Of a DNA stretch of 64,000 nt, positions 1 through 12,209 are shown in pieces. Within the stretch, counting starts at the first letter, position 1, and each line of letters starts with the position of its first letter. Below the pieces are notes generated by a model. That model saw only the letters and a list, made by a program, of their open reading frames with translations, ran no database searches and was not told the origin of the DNA. Made by a program: the position numbers and the translations under genes. This stretch comes from Rhynchopus sp. YZ270_cl-10 (Eukaryota), in NCBI GenBank assembly GCA_964035575.1, contig OZ037842.1, forward strand, positions 1,488,001-1,552,000. The letters run 5' to 3'.

Positions 1-109
1 ATTCTACTCGGGGGTTTCTTTTGTTTTTCGCTTTCTTCTTTTTTTGCTCTTTCTGAGCAGGAACATACCAACCTCCTTCGTGGTAACTTTGTGCATACCA
101 ATGAAGTGC

Positions 110-193
110 TCTCTGGGGGTTCGATAACCCGCAGAGAACCAGCGTCTGCATCCGCCGATGCACGGTGAGGTATTTTGCACTTTTTTCAACTTC
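110..193 (+). repeat. Hairpin repeat family D (two hairpins + TCAAC + T-run). Other copies: 38203-38283, 41624-41685, 56361-56424, 57361-57419; 3' fragments near 4914 and 49081
   Basis: Shared GGTTCGATAACCCGC..GTGCCTGCGTCC..GAGGCGTTT(T)GCACT(A/T)TCAACTT between copies. Confidence 0.8.
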
Positions 194-608
194 TCAATCT
201 GAACCAAAAAAAGAAAGGGTGTATTGCGTTGACCCTCTCAAATACTTTCAATTCTGTGAACTGAAAGTATATGAATCCAACTTCTCTCTTTTTGCTCTTT
301 CTATGTCTCTGTCTGAAACGTTTATATCCTTCAACACCATCCGATTCATTGCCACTTGGAACGGTACTACCACTATTCCTCCATTTAATACAACCCCCCT
401 ACTTCCCTCCTTTTGCCTCACACCGCCACTAACAGCTGCATTTCCGCATTTTGTATGTTTGCCGTGTCTCTCTATGAGTGTACAAGATACACAACACTGT
501 TAAAATCAATCAAAAGAGACGTAATAGCAACTCCCCCACATCCGCAGGAAAGACCACAACACCTCCCCTTGTCCCTCTTTTCATTTTGTTCTCATATTTT
601 TTAAGAAA

Positions 609-1418
609 ATGGAGCTGTCAATAATAATTGGCACCGAAACCGATGTGGTTCAGCTTGTGGGGAATACGGCCTCCCTTGCTGCAGTCAAACGCGTTGTGAT
701 GGAGGCGTTTTCTTCTTTGTCACGGGAAGAGGACTTTGACCTTTTGGTGGTACATGGTGTTGGGGCGGGCGGTATTCTGGATAACACAGCGGATGCTGAG
801 GTGGAAGCTCTTTGCGATGGCGACACCCTTGAAGTCATACCAAGCAAACGCGCGTTGGCTGTTGCCACTCTATCAGATGAATCGGTTACCTTGGATATGT
901 GTTCTCTGCATACAGCTGCGTCAGAAGGCGATGTGACACGATGCGAACTTCTGATTGATGCAGGGGTCGACGTTGACGTGAAGAATACGTTGCATCAGAC
1001 ACCATTGATGAAAGCATGCATGCAAGGTCATTTGGAGGTGTGCACGTTGTTGGTGGGGAGGGGTGCGGATGTGAACGCATTGGATATGGTCCGCAGAACC
1101 TGCCTCATGTGGGCAAGCAAACGCGGGCACCTCCACATCTGCGAGCTGCTTCTCAACAGCGATGCAGACCCCACCGCCGTGGACAGCATCCGTCGTGTCA
1201 CCTCGCTCGTCCGCGCGTCAGAGCAAGGGAACGTCGACATCGTCCGCCTCCTTCTCCAACGAGGCGCTGCCAAATCAGGCCCCCGTCTCCACACAAAGCC
1301 TCTCTCAAAGGAAATGAAAATGAAGCGGGTGTTTCAGAAGATGAGGGTAGGTGGAGGAGCGGATGGAGGAGGGGGAGGGGGAGGAGGAGGTGGATCTCCG
1401 CCCCCGGTGCAGGCGTAG
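609..1418 (+). CDS. Ankyrin-repeat protein (269 aa) with a possible ubiquitin-like N-terminal module
   Basis: Four ANK repeats (SLHTAASEGD, TPLMKACMQGHLEVC, TCLMWASKRGHLHIC, TSLVRASEQGNVDIV). The N-terminal ~80 aa end in LCDGDTLEVI, resembling the last strand of a beta-grasp fold (inference). Gly-rich tail. Confidence 0.85.
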   Translation: MELSIIIGTETDVVQLVGNTASLAAVKRVVMEAFSSLSREEDFDLLVVHGVGAGGILDNTADAEVEALCDGDTLEVIPSKRALAVATLSDESVTLDMCSLHTAASEGDVTRCELLIDAGVDVDVKNTLHQTPLMKACMQGHLEVCTLLVGRGADVNALDMVRRTCLMWASKRGHLHICELLLNSDADPTAVDSIRRVTSLVRASEQGNVDIVRLLLQRGAAKSGPRLHTKPLSKEMKMKRVFQKMRVGGGADGGGGGGGGGGSPPPVQA

Positions 1419-1729
1419 ATCCGGGGAGGATGGACGCAAATTAATTTTTTTGAAGAAAAAAAAAAGAATTTTTTTGAATTTGTTGCTCATACAATTGAAG
1501 TGTTACAAGGAAAAAGAAACTGGGTACTTTTTTGGGGGTTTTTTAGGTTGTTTGATAGCTCTGTTTGTCCCTTTCATTGATATCCCTTTCTTTTTTTTTT
1601 TTCGCCCAGCACTGGACAATGAAATTGATAATCCGAAAACAGTCAACCGCAACAAAGTGACGGCTGCGGACCACTTCTGTGATGGGTGACTGTTTTGTAG
1701 ATGGCCAAATATATAAAAAAAACGATGGG

Positions 1730-1775
1730 GGAGCTCATCCTCGGGTGTCTACACTAATACAACCAAGTTTTCAAA
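1730..1775 (+). repeat. Hairpin repeat family B. Other copies: 2672-2740 (diverged), 17904-17956, 45812-45863, 46448-46499, 59130-59183
   Basis: Consensus TATAGTGGAGCACATCCTCGGGTGTCTACACTAATACAACCAAGTTTTCAAA. Confidence 0.9.
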
Positions 1776-2040
1776 GAAAACACAACACACTTCTCGTGCT
1801 GCTTGCACTGAGCATATTGCTTTTCCCCTCCACTTTGTAACTTTTTCAATAAATCAGTTTGACTAAACCTTTCTGCAAGGTGGACACATTTCAGCGTCCT
1901 CTGGAAAGGCTTTCTCATTGCAAGGTTTGTTATGTTCATCGGCTGATGGCGGTATTTTTTATAGATGTAATGTGTACGTGATACACAATCGTCTTTTTAC
2001 CTTTCTCTTAGTGAAAGAAATTTTTGTGATTTTTTTCCCA

Positions 2041-2080
2041 AGGTGACTAAGCACGAGAGGCTTAGGATCATCTTATAAAC
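2041..2080 (+). repeat. Hairpin repeat family A (40 bp). Other copies near 4583, 24319, 34461, 36271, 37716, 37815, 38461, 41772, 45354, 45678, 49031, 58397, 60735, 61218, plus more degenerate ones
   Basis: AGGTGACTAAGCACGAGAGGCTTAGGATCATCTTATAAAC. Copies at 2041-2080 and 58397-58436 are identical over 40 nt. Confidence 0.9.
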
Positions 2081-2466
2081 GTTTCTTATTTTTTTTTTTT
2101 TTTGGTGAAGCAAGAGAACTGTTCTTTGAAAGATGTATGTGCACGAGAGGCATATTCATCTATAAGAATTATTTTCTGTATAACTTCATTGGGTGATCTT
2201 TTTTTTTTGGGTCATCTGAAAAGGGGAAGACGAATTTTTGCCCCCTCTGCTGCTCTCCGCTCCACCCGTGAAAGGCTCCTCTGGGGCGCGTCTCGCTCTT
2301 CACCCTTTCAGTTATCCCTTTTCAGATGACCCAATTTTTGACACCAATTGTGATCTGACTAATTGTCCTTTTTTAACGTTTCTCTTTTTGTTTCGTTTCT
2401 GGAGTTTTCTTTCTAACCATAGTTCTCAATTTACTTCTACCAACACGGAAAATAAAATAATTGTTA

Positions 2467-2636
2467 CCGTATTCGTACAAAATTATCGACCGTACAAAAG
2501 GTCGAACTTCCAGAAAATCCTCAAAAAGGTACTAATATTCGACCGTAAAACAGGTTGAAATTCCAGAAAAATCCTGAAAAGGTCGCACATTATTACGGTC
2601 AAACCTTACTATGGTCGATAATTTGTACGAATACAG
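2467..2636. mobile_element. Tc1/mariner-type MITE (CCGTATTCGTA family)
   Basis: TIRs CCGTATTCGTACAAAATTATCGACC / GGTCGATAATTTGTACGAATACAG, flanked by TA on both sides. Confidence 0.85.
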
Positions 2637-3167
2637 TATGTACAAAAAACGCAGTGAAACAAACCCGAATATATAGTGGAGAACCACCCCCCGAGCGATC
2701 TGGGGGTGCCTCTTTACTAATACAAACCAACCCTTTTTTTTTTCTTTTTTATATTTAACGAAAAGCTTCACGGCGGGTTGGTTAACTTTACCATCGTAGA
2801 ATTCTCCAACACACGCCACAGCCACACAAACCCACTTGTGTCAGTCACGTTGTTTCAGGTCCATTTAATGTGAGACCAACGAGACCAAGTGGCAAATGTT
2901 TGCGATACAGTTTTTTTTTCTCTCTTGAAAAACAAAAAACAAGTTGTTGCCTCCCCTTTTCTAGAAAGAGAAAAAACGCCTTCTTCACCACAAGACGATT
3001 ATGACAAATGTTTAACGCAAAGGGCAACGCGCCAGAAAATAAGGAACCATTTCCCCCCCATTCCCATCCCCCCTTTACTTTTATGATAACGAGAGTGCCA
3101 ATGGGGACACCTTTTCAACCAAATCGTGGACAGCCAAAAAGCATTTTTTTTTGGAGGTTCAGGCAAC

Positions 3168-4025
3168 CAGGGTTTCCGCGTTCTTCCGGTGTTTTCGAAG
3201 GGGGCGGACGAGTTTTTTTTTCCCCCCAAAAAATTTTTTTTTACTAGTGCTTAACACAATACAGGTCGAGCCCGGCGCGCTTCGCGCGCCGGGTCGGGGG
3301 CCTCCGGCGGAGTTGTCTCGCCTCACGGTCTTTCGTGAGACACAACAGGTGAGAAACTCACGTTACGAGATACTCGAAAACAAAGCGTGGCGGGTGGTGG
3401 AATAAGCGCTCAGCTGTGCTTGTACCCACAGGAAGAGTGAACAAGAGACGGAGTAACGTCCTCATCTGAGGGTCAGAACGTCATGAAGAGTTGTCATTGA
3501 GGTGCACACCCTCAACGCCGACTTGAGCTCTTGCCACTCTGCCAACAGGTCACTGAATTCAACCCCCTGCACAATACTGGCTGTCTGGAACTGCTTCCGT
3601 TCAGTGGTGTCGCTGTACACCGGCTTCAGCGCATCCCCGCCCACGACATCGTGATGCATGTAGGACAGTTTGTGGGGGGTGAAGAACTGGTCGTACAATC
3701 TGCCTAGCTGTTCAATGCTGTACTCCGTGCGCAAACCCGCAAAGGGTTTGAGGGGAATGATAGAGGGGGATACCATAAGTGCGGCCGCAGATCTGCGCGA
3801 CGCCAAAGAGGGGAGGCCTTTATTTTTCTATACGGGGTGGGGTGCGTCCCCTGCGGGGCCGCACCCCACTCGTCCACTTTACAATGTACCCCGGGCCCTC
3901 TCCCCACCCATTTTTCCCACTCCCCGCGGATGAACTTCGTCCGGACGAACTTCGTCCGGCAGTTTTTTTTTTTTTTTTTTCCTACCGGACGAACTTCGTC
4001 CGATTTTTGGGTCGCGGAAACACTG
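3168..4025 (-). mobile_element. Internally deleted hAT DNA transposon (858 bp)
   Basis: 13-bp TIR CAGGGTTTCCGCG / CGCGGAAACACTG (1 mismatch). 8-bp TSD CAGGCAAC at 3160-3167 and 4026-4033. Subterminal GGA(C/T)GAACTTCGTCC palindromes x3 at 3928-4001. Confidence 0.9.
3400..3806 (-). pseudogene. hAT transposase C-terminal fragment, frameshifted
   Basis: The ORF ..DLLAEWQELK.. is followed in another frame (3462-3400) by LLRLLFTLPVGTSTAERLF, which matches the hAT dimerisation motif L..LP.S....ER.FS. Confidence 0.75.
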
Positions 4026-7000
4026 CAGGCAACTAAACGCGAGAGTCTTTGGTTGATCTGAATTTTTTTTTTTAAAATTTTCCAACCTAATTGTGAACAG
4101 ACCAAGACAGGTGTAGTTTTCCTGTACTGGCTTGTACGGCAAGGTGGGGTATGCACAGATATTCTGTAAAACACTTTCTAGCGGACACAGCATTTCGCGG
4201 CCATCCCAAGGAGCAAAGCCTCTATGCCGGATAGAGAATGCGATTGTCGTCCGACCACGCCTCCCCTCGGTTAATCTCCCCCTTTTTTTTTAAATTTTCA
4301 CCAGCTTTACACTTCATTGTTACTCAATGTGACTAAGCTTGCAAACTTTACTAAAAATAGCGCTATCTCACAGCAAAGCATTTTTCGCGATATTCCACAG
4401 TATTTACCTTAAACACACCAATATTGGACTGTACTTAAGAATTTTGGGCATAATTTCCAACTTTGTGCGGTCCAACATTTTGTATGTTCACGGCAATACA
4501 ACCACGACAACCCACATGGATTCACAGAGTGATTCAGCTAAGTTTCACCGTGTTCCCTAAAGGACTGTAGTGCTCATTTAAGGAGACTTAGGTTCATCTT
4601 ATAAGTTTTTTCTTCTTCTTTTTACACCCCCTACTCCTGTTGTGTTCAAGACAGGGTTCTCTTGCGACTTTATGTTCTCTTGAAACAACTGTGTGTGTCT
4701 GCGCATAGTTTGTGAAAGTGAAAGCAACGTGCCACATCGCGGTTGGGTGATTAGTCCATAGAGTTTCCACTTCGGTTCCCCCCCCCTCCCGAGGTGTGAA
4801 TGAGGCGTTATGTTCCGTTATGTAGCTTTTGGTGCAAAGGTGTGTTTGAAATCGTTTATGGGAAATTCGTAAGGACTATGCACGTCTGTGAACCCCATGC
4901 ACTCAAATTTTCTTGTGCAACCGTCAACTTCACTTTTTTTAATGATTGTTATAAGGGGTCAACGGGTATGCACAAAAAAATAAAATTCCTGTGAGATAAA
5001 GTAAATCCGTTTTCCAGACGTGGTGGGGTTGAGTGTTCACCGTTTCAAATATGGAAGGCAAAAACAAAACGAAAAAAAAGAAGAAGCAACGAAGTACATA
5101 CCATAGGGGTTTAACGCAGCCCTGACCCATCAGTTCCTCCCAAAATAATTTTGTGTATTAAAAAAAGCCCCTCCCCAACCCAATCAGTTTTTTTCATCTT
5201 GTTTTAGCGGGGCTTTGTTCTTCTTTGAGTACTCATAAGTCATATTTTTGGGGGTGAAAAATAACACATTTTTGTCTCGGCTAGCGTAGCCGGATTTCTC
5301 CTGTGTACTCACCAGTTGTGTTTCTGACGTTTGTTCGCTGGGGGTGGTGTCGATGCTTGTAACTTCTTTTCCTTTTGGTACATAATCTGACCGGCCTCCG
5401 CATGCTTGTTCACGGGCAAGTCGTCGTAAGCAAATAAAAAAATAATTCCCCTACTCCGAGCGCGCAACAGCGACTATCGTTGCTGTAGCTCCACTTGCTT
5501 CTGCTCCAGTTGCTTCTGCTACTGCTGATTAGCATCTGCTGCCATCGTTTTGTTCAGGGAGACCTCGTCACCCATTTCTGTTGCCCAGAAACTGCGCTTG
5601 TTCTGGTAGTTCCAACAATGAGCGTCCCTTTCTGCCAAGGTAGTGTACCGAGCGGGTATATTTGATAATATACCGCAAATTTTGAGCATAACCTCATCTG
5701 CGGAAAACAAGGTCGTCAATATTCTTCTGAGGTTTGCTGGCTTCCTCCTTTTGCAGTCCACAGCTGCAGTGCTTCTAAGTGGTGTGGAGCTTGGGCGCTT
5801 GACCATCCAAGAGCGAATCGTTGATGCCGCTAGAGACACGCGTTTAACACTCTACTCGACTAGGATATCAAACTGCGATCTTATTGTTTTTTCCATCAAA
5901 AATACCACGAACCAGGAAAAAAAAAGGGTAAAAAAGAAAGAGGGACCAAGAAAGCATGGCACGAATGCATACCTTAAGCAAAGCAATCTTTCAGGTCGAA
6001 GCGAGTCACGCACTGAAGAGCCAGACACGATTCTCTGCGTATGTACAGCTTTTCCGACAACAAAAAAAATGCAACCAAGAAACCCACTACACCTATTTTT
6101 TATACTTTTTTGTTTTTTTTTTTTGAAGTCGAGCGAAGTCTCCTCTCACCTTCATATGCTCACATCTTTCCTCTCCTCACCTCACCTCACCCTCCCTCTT
6201 ACCACAGATGGAACCCTCGGACAGGGCAGAACAAATTCGTTCCAACACCAAACTTTAACTTGCTGAAGAGAAGAGGCCAAGGTGCATGGTATGCCGTCTT
6301 CATTGTTTGACATTTCTTAGGCTCAGGCCACACCCACTTTCTTGCTTTCTTCTCGACACAGGAGGGACCTGAAGACAAAACACACAACTTACACGTGTCC
6401 GTTGTGCAGCCAGCCGAAACTCCCTAACATATACTGCAGAAGGGAGGAGTGCAGAATCGAACGCCCATGATATCATAACAGAGTATTCGGGGATTCCCCC
6501 TAAAACCCAATCTTGTTGGAAGGGTTTTGTGAACGGGGGTGGGGTAAACGGGCTTTGGGGTGGGGCGGGTGTGCGAGGGGACGTAGTTTCCCCAGCCGCA
6601 CAAACACAATGCAATAACGAATGTTGAGAATGTTTTTTTTTTGAAAGTTTCCATCCATCTAAAGCAGTACGCTTTAATCTGTGCGCGCTCTCGTCACTCA
6701 ACGTTGCTCCGCTTACGGCGCTTTGCAGCATTCTGGGTTTCCTGATTACCCTCACAGCAACCTGCAATCCCCATACTTCCTTCGCCTGGAAAAGGTGCTG
6801 CACAAACACCCCCCCTTTACCGCTTCGTCCTGCAGCCGAGTTTGACGTTATTTTTACACATTTTTGTGCCTCCAGGGAAACATTTGCACTAATCATTTCC
6901 GCGTATTTTTTTTTTCTTTGTTACCGGTCAAATACCACCAAATAAGACCCTAGTAATCCACATTTTCCCCCACACCACCAACCACACAGGGGTAAGGGAG

Positions 7001-7080
7001 GGGGGTTTTTTTTTTCCTGCTATTTTTTGAGTCTGTTCTGCAGGACCTGTCCTTCCTCTTAGGGACGTGCATTCTGTCGA

Positions 7081-10000
7081 ATGCACGGACGATACGCTTT
7101 ATATGAGGCCCTGGGTTTGTCACCACAGTCCTGCGTGGATGAGGTGAAGAAGAGCTATAAGCGGTTATCACAGAGACACCATCCGGACCGTGCGGATAGC
7201 AATGGGCGTGATGTGGAGCTGTATCGGAGGATCACTAATGCACATCATATACTGAACGACCCTCTGAAGAAGGAGGAGTACGACCGTCTTGGTGATGCGT
7301 TTGATGATGAAGAGAACATAGACGATGATGACCTTGGGGACCTAGCAATACCGTCCTTTATGTTCAGCGCTGCTCCGTTTATCACTCCGTACCATCCCTT
7401 CAGTATATTTGTTCAGTCCGTTCCGGATCCGCTTAAATGCTTTGCAGAGTTTACTGCGCATAGTAACCCATCAGAAGAAAAGCGGTTGACGCACAGCCAT
7501 CTTGCCAGCATCTCTGACGTCGAAGCTACCCTCGAAGATAGAATGGCGGCGCTCAAAGGGTTGTTGGAGCTTTGTGCGAAAGGGAACTCAATTTTTGTGA
7601 CAGAATCGGTTCTAGATGATGAAGACGCATTGCCAACCATCATTGAGGACATTCAAAACGATGAGGAGGACGAAACCATCAAATTTCTTTCCACCGAACT
7701 GCTCCACGTTGTTTCCACAGCGAACTACGTGGATGTGTATCAGACCGGGGGGCTGCCGGCAGTGCTCTCTGTGTTGAAGACAGAGAACACCAAGGTGCTG
7801 CACAGTGCGTTGCTCTCACTGCAGCACCTTACGCAGCTGGGGAGTGCTTGCGCTGAGTGCTTTAAATGCAATGTGGTGCAGTACTGCGTGCATCTGATGC
7901 ACAAGAAAAGCATAGATGTGCTGCTCACTGCGTCGCATATTCTGCACAACCTTGTTGTTGAGCATGCCGACCCCCACGCTGCGATCGTGGAGTGCAGACG
8001 GCTTGCCACAGAACGGTACTTCGGGGAGATCATTCGCGTGGTGGACGAACAGCAGGCAAAGCTGGAGGTGCCATCTAAGGTTGCGAAATCGCGGCGAAAG
8101 GAGGCCAGAGCGCACAACTCACTCTCGCTGCAGTCGCAGAAGGTGTTGACTGCAGTGCTCGCCGTGCTTGCAGCATCTGAAGAAAGTGAGTTTGTTCTCA
8201 TCAACGAAGAGGACGCACGGCGTCTGTTCGCAATGCTAGCTTACAAAGGGGTGCGCGACGTCGTGACCAACGCATGCACAGTGATCCAAGCGCTTCTCCA
8301 TCATCGTAGAGCAATTCTCGCTGCGGGCGACGAACTGACCGAAATGCTCGTTGATTTGACGTTGAGTCTTGTCAAAGAAGAGAAGGCACTGACCGCGAGT
8401 GTTGTCCTGCTGACAACGATAGTGCATTGCGGCCTGCTCCGCAGTGAAGATGTGAGCCGGCGGGAGGTAGGGAAAATCCTGGTGACGCATCTGAAGAGCA
8501 AGAACGAAGAGACCTCTGTCGCAGCGGCGCGGGGTCTTGCGTATCTCTGTGCCCCCTCGATTGGCGAGTCTGAGTTTATTGCCTGTGCGTACAACGCGAA
8601 TGGGCAGATCCAATACCTAGACATTGCGTCGACGCTTGATGAGGAGGGTGTCAAGAAGAACGGTGCCCCGAAGCTGCATAAGGCGATTGCGCCGCATTTG
8701 GATAGCATCGTGAAGCAGTTTCTTTTGGTGATTCAGGGGACGGTGGAGGGGACGGAGCTGCGGCCGGCGAGTGTAATGTGTGCGGGGCTTGCTGCGTTGG
8801 CGCAGCACGAAGCAGGAAGGAAGGCAATGCTGAGACAACCCGTTCTCGAAAGCTTGGCACAGCTTCTTGCAAAGTCGGGTACCGGCCAGGTGGAGAAGGA
8901 GGCAGCGTCGCTGGCGGTGCTGAACTTCTCTAAGGTTGGCAAGCTCATCAACCCTGCAGGCAACCAGGCACACAAGGAGGCACTGCGTCTCCTTGCCTCG
9001 CAGCTGCACTCCAAGAACCAACGAATCCAGGCCTGCATCATCAGCACCTTCCTCAGCCTCGCGCACGAGAAGGTGCCGCTGGACTTCATCTACGGCAGAA
9101 CCCTCGAACAGCTCAAAACAACACGCATGAACTCCAAGCTCGCAACACAGCTCTACGAAGTGCTCACCGCGCCAGACGAATCAGACAACTTCCTCGACCC
9201 AAGCGCCGCATCGAAGAAGCGTGACAACAAGCAACGCGGCAAAAAGGGTGTCAACGGGGCGGCCGAGCTGCCTGCATCGGAAAGCGAATCCGAAAGCAGC
9301 GAGGGGTGTGGGGGCGGGAACAACATGTTCGCTGCACTGCGTGGCGGTGCAAAGAAGAAGAAAAAACCGCAAAAAGAAGAGAAACCACCGCAACCGGAAG
9401 CAACGAAGCGACAGAAGGGGAAGTCCAAAGCGGAAAAGGAAAAAGAAAAGGAAAGAGAAAAAGAGAAGGAGAAGGAAAAAGAAAAGGAACGGGAACTAGC
9501 CGAGAAGCGAGAAGAGGCCAAACGAAAGGAAAAAGCGGGGAAGGGCAAGGCGAAGGAGACGAAGGCGAAAGACGAGCCGAAGGAGGCCAATGGGGAGCTG
9601 CGTGTCGAGCGGGCAGAGGGCGGTCGGGGGAAGGCTCGGGGCCCGGTGCAGCAGGCACCACCTGTGCAGCAGCCTGGGGAGGAGCTGCGATCACGAGGGG
9701 AACGAAGCGAACCACGTGGCGAACGGGAAGGGGGACGTCGGGAGCGGGGGGGGAAGAAGAAGACCTCTATTGAGACGGGGCCGCCTCCGACCACCATTCC
9801 GATGCTGGCACCTGGCAGCAAACGGGATGCCTACCGGGACAGGGAGCGGGACAGAGAACGGGAGAGGGAGAGGGAACGGCGCGCCAACACCGAAAAGCGC
9901 GACCCTCAGAAGCCATCTCCCGAGACCTCCCCGACAGCCAAATCCAAGGATACACCGGCACCCACAGCCACAACACCCCCGACAGACAGAAGCGCACCCA

Positions 10001-12209
10001 AGCCTGCCGCCAAAGGCAAGCAACCCCGCAAGACCCCAACCCCGACTGCAGGCACCCCCACCAAACAACAAACAGCCACCACCTTCAACGTCTCGCCAGC
10101 AGCCATGCGCAATGGCCTGCCCAACTCCCAATACGCCCCGGTCGGAGTCAAAGGGCGCGTTCCAAACAAAAGCCGCATGGTTCAGGTTAAAGAGCCCGAA
10201 AGCAAACCCGAGAAGAGAGAGGAAACCAAAGGAGGTAAGGGACGTGACCAGACCTGGGCAGAACGGATCAACACCAATGCGCCTACTGCGACTGCAGCGA
10301 CAGCTCAGACCGCAGCACCGACAGCAACGCCTGCAAAGGGGAGGGGGGCAAACGCACAAAATGCACCAACTGCGCCCACCGCACAAAGCACGCAGCCGTC
10401 CCCAACAAAGCAGAGAGTACCAACCGCAACCACACCTCCGACGGCATCGCCGCCCACAGCGGTGCCACCTACCAGTGTTCCTGCAGAACCTGCGTCGCCA
10501 ACGCCTGCAGCAGCTCCTGTGGAGAAGCCACCGACGGCAGCACCTAGAGAAAAGTCTCCGCCTGCCAGACCCGAGGTCTCTGTTCCTGCAGTTCCGGTCA
10601 CTGCGCAGGTTGCACCGGTGACGAAGCCACCGACGGCAGCGCCAGCGGTTGTGGCACCAGAGAAACCAGCCCCAGTGGTGCAGCAGCCAACACCCTCAGC
10701 GCCAGTGCTTCCGCCCCCGCCACCACTGCGGCAAGTGCTCCCAGGGTGGGACAGCACACCTGCAAAGCCAGCCGACACATCCAGCCCTCTTGACAAACTT
10801 GTGAAGGACCTCTCGCAAGACGCACCCCCACCGCACAACGAGTGGGGGCAAAAGGGCGAGGGGGAGAGAGATGGCATGGCCAATGCAGGTATGTCCGTGT
10901 TTGTTAAAGTAAGGTGAAGCACGATGGCGTACATCGCGAAGTACATTGTCTCAAACCCCTTGCTCTTTTTGAGCACATTGCGGTCTCGATTTTTGAAAGC
11001 TTGATTTATTTTAAAAAAAACTCTTTCCCACACAACAGCAGTCGGCGCGCCCCTCTCAGGCAACGGACACTGGTCGCACGGCCACCAACAGCAGCCCCAA
11101 CAGCAGCAGCAGCAACAACAACAACAGCAACACCCGCCGCTCTTCAGCACAGAAATGCTCTTCGGCGACTTCCAACAGAAGGTAATGCCCTATTTTTTAG
11201 TTGTTTAAAGTAACCCAAACACTGCCGCTTCGGCCTTTTTACTGCATAGTTGGGGTACCCCTTTACACCCGGTCACGCACCACTACACTGTCACAAGCGG
11301 GCTGTTGTACTTCAAACCAAGATTTTTTTTTTTGAGGGCGTTCCACCTTTTCCTACACTACAGAACGTCCACAACGAGGAGGTGCCAAAGGGGTACGGAT
11401 GGAACGCAGGTCTTGACCACCAGCAGTCGAGTCACAACCCCAACTCCGGGAGTGGTGCACTGCGCGGCACCCCCATAGCATGGCAGGGGCCTGTGGGCAG
11501 CGGCAAGAAGGGGGGTGGTCAGCATGGCGGTGCCAACCCAGGTGCTATAGGAGGCTTCCCTGCAGCAGTCGGGCCTAACCAGCACCACCAACAGCAGCAG
11601 CAGCAAGCCCACCAGCACCACCAGGGTTTTGACCCAGTCAACTCGACACCCTACTTCGACAGAGGCTTCTCCGGGCAAGGTGTGTTTTGAATTCACAAAG
11701 AAAAATTACCTCCATTTTCACCTACAGGAGGCCAACAAGGCGGTGGAGGGCGTGGCGCTGCGAATCTTGGCAATGGAAGCAGCAACAACGGCAGCCAGTC
11801 GGTCATCTGGAACCATTCTTTGGTATGGGAGAGGGACCTCAAAGAGGCAACGCATTTCATGATTGTTCACTCTTATTGGCAAGTTTATATTATTTCACAA
11901 AACAACTAAACTATACAGATGGGCTTTGCGCAGTATGCTAAGCAGAATGCTTCAGCGCTTCAGGGTAGTGGCCCGACACAACAAAAACAGAAGATTCAGC
12001 ACCAGCAACAGCATCACCACCAGCAGGTTCAGATGCAGCAACAACAGCATCACCAACAACAACAGCAACATCAACAGCAGCACCAACACCAACAGGCTGG
12101 TGTGCACCTAGGCCAGCAACAACAACAAACATCAATGCCCGGTGTCATCGGACCTCCAGGCGCCAGCAGTTCTCTTTTCGATAAGAATCTAGGCGGATGG
12201 CAGAAGTGA
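7081..12209 (+). CDS. J-domain + ARM-repeat protein with long low-complexity tail, about 1550 aa; join(7081..10888,11039..11181,11364..11679,11728..11822,11919..12209)
   Basis: N-terminal J domain with HPD (HHPDR), then an ARM/HEAT-like helical region, then K/E-rich, P/T/A-rich and Q/H/G-rich segments. Four GT..ACAG introns (150, 182, 48, 96 nt) give a phase-consistent 4653-nt CDS. Confidence 0.8.

Noticed and set aside
118..132. GGTTCGATAACCC as a tRNA T-arm
   Set aside because: No acceptor, D or anticodon arms can be folded; treated as repeat family D.
5330..6896. ORFs of 100-207 aa upstream of the J-domain gene
   Set aside because: No recognisable motifs, homopolymer-derived K/F runs and non-ATG starts. 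A decayed minus-strand gene is possible but cannot be supported.
9153..11150. Long antisense and alternative-frame ORFs (222-343 aa)
   Set aside because: Shadows of the GC-rich, low-complexity part of the J-domain gene.
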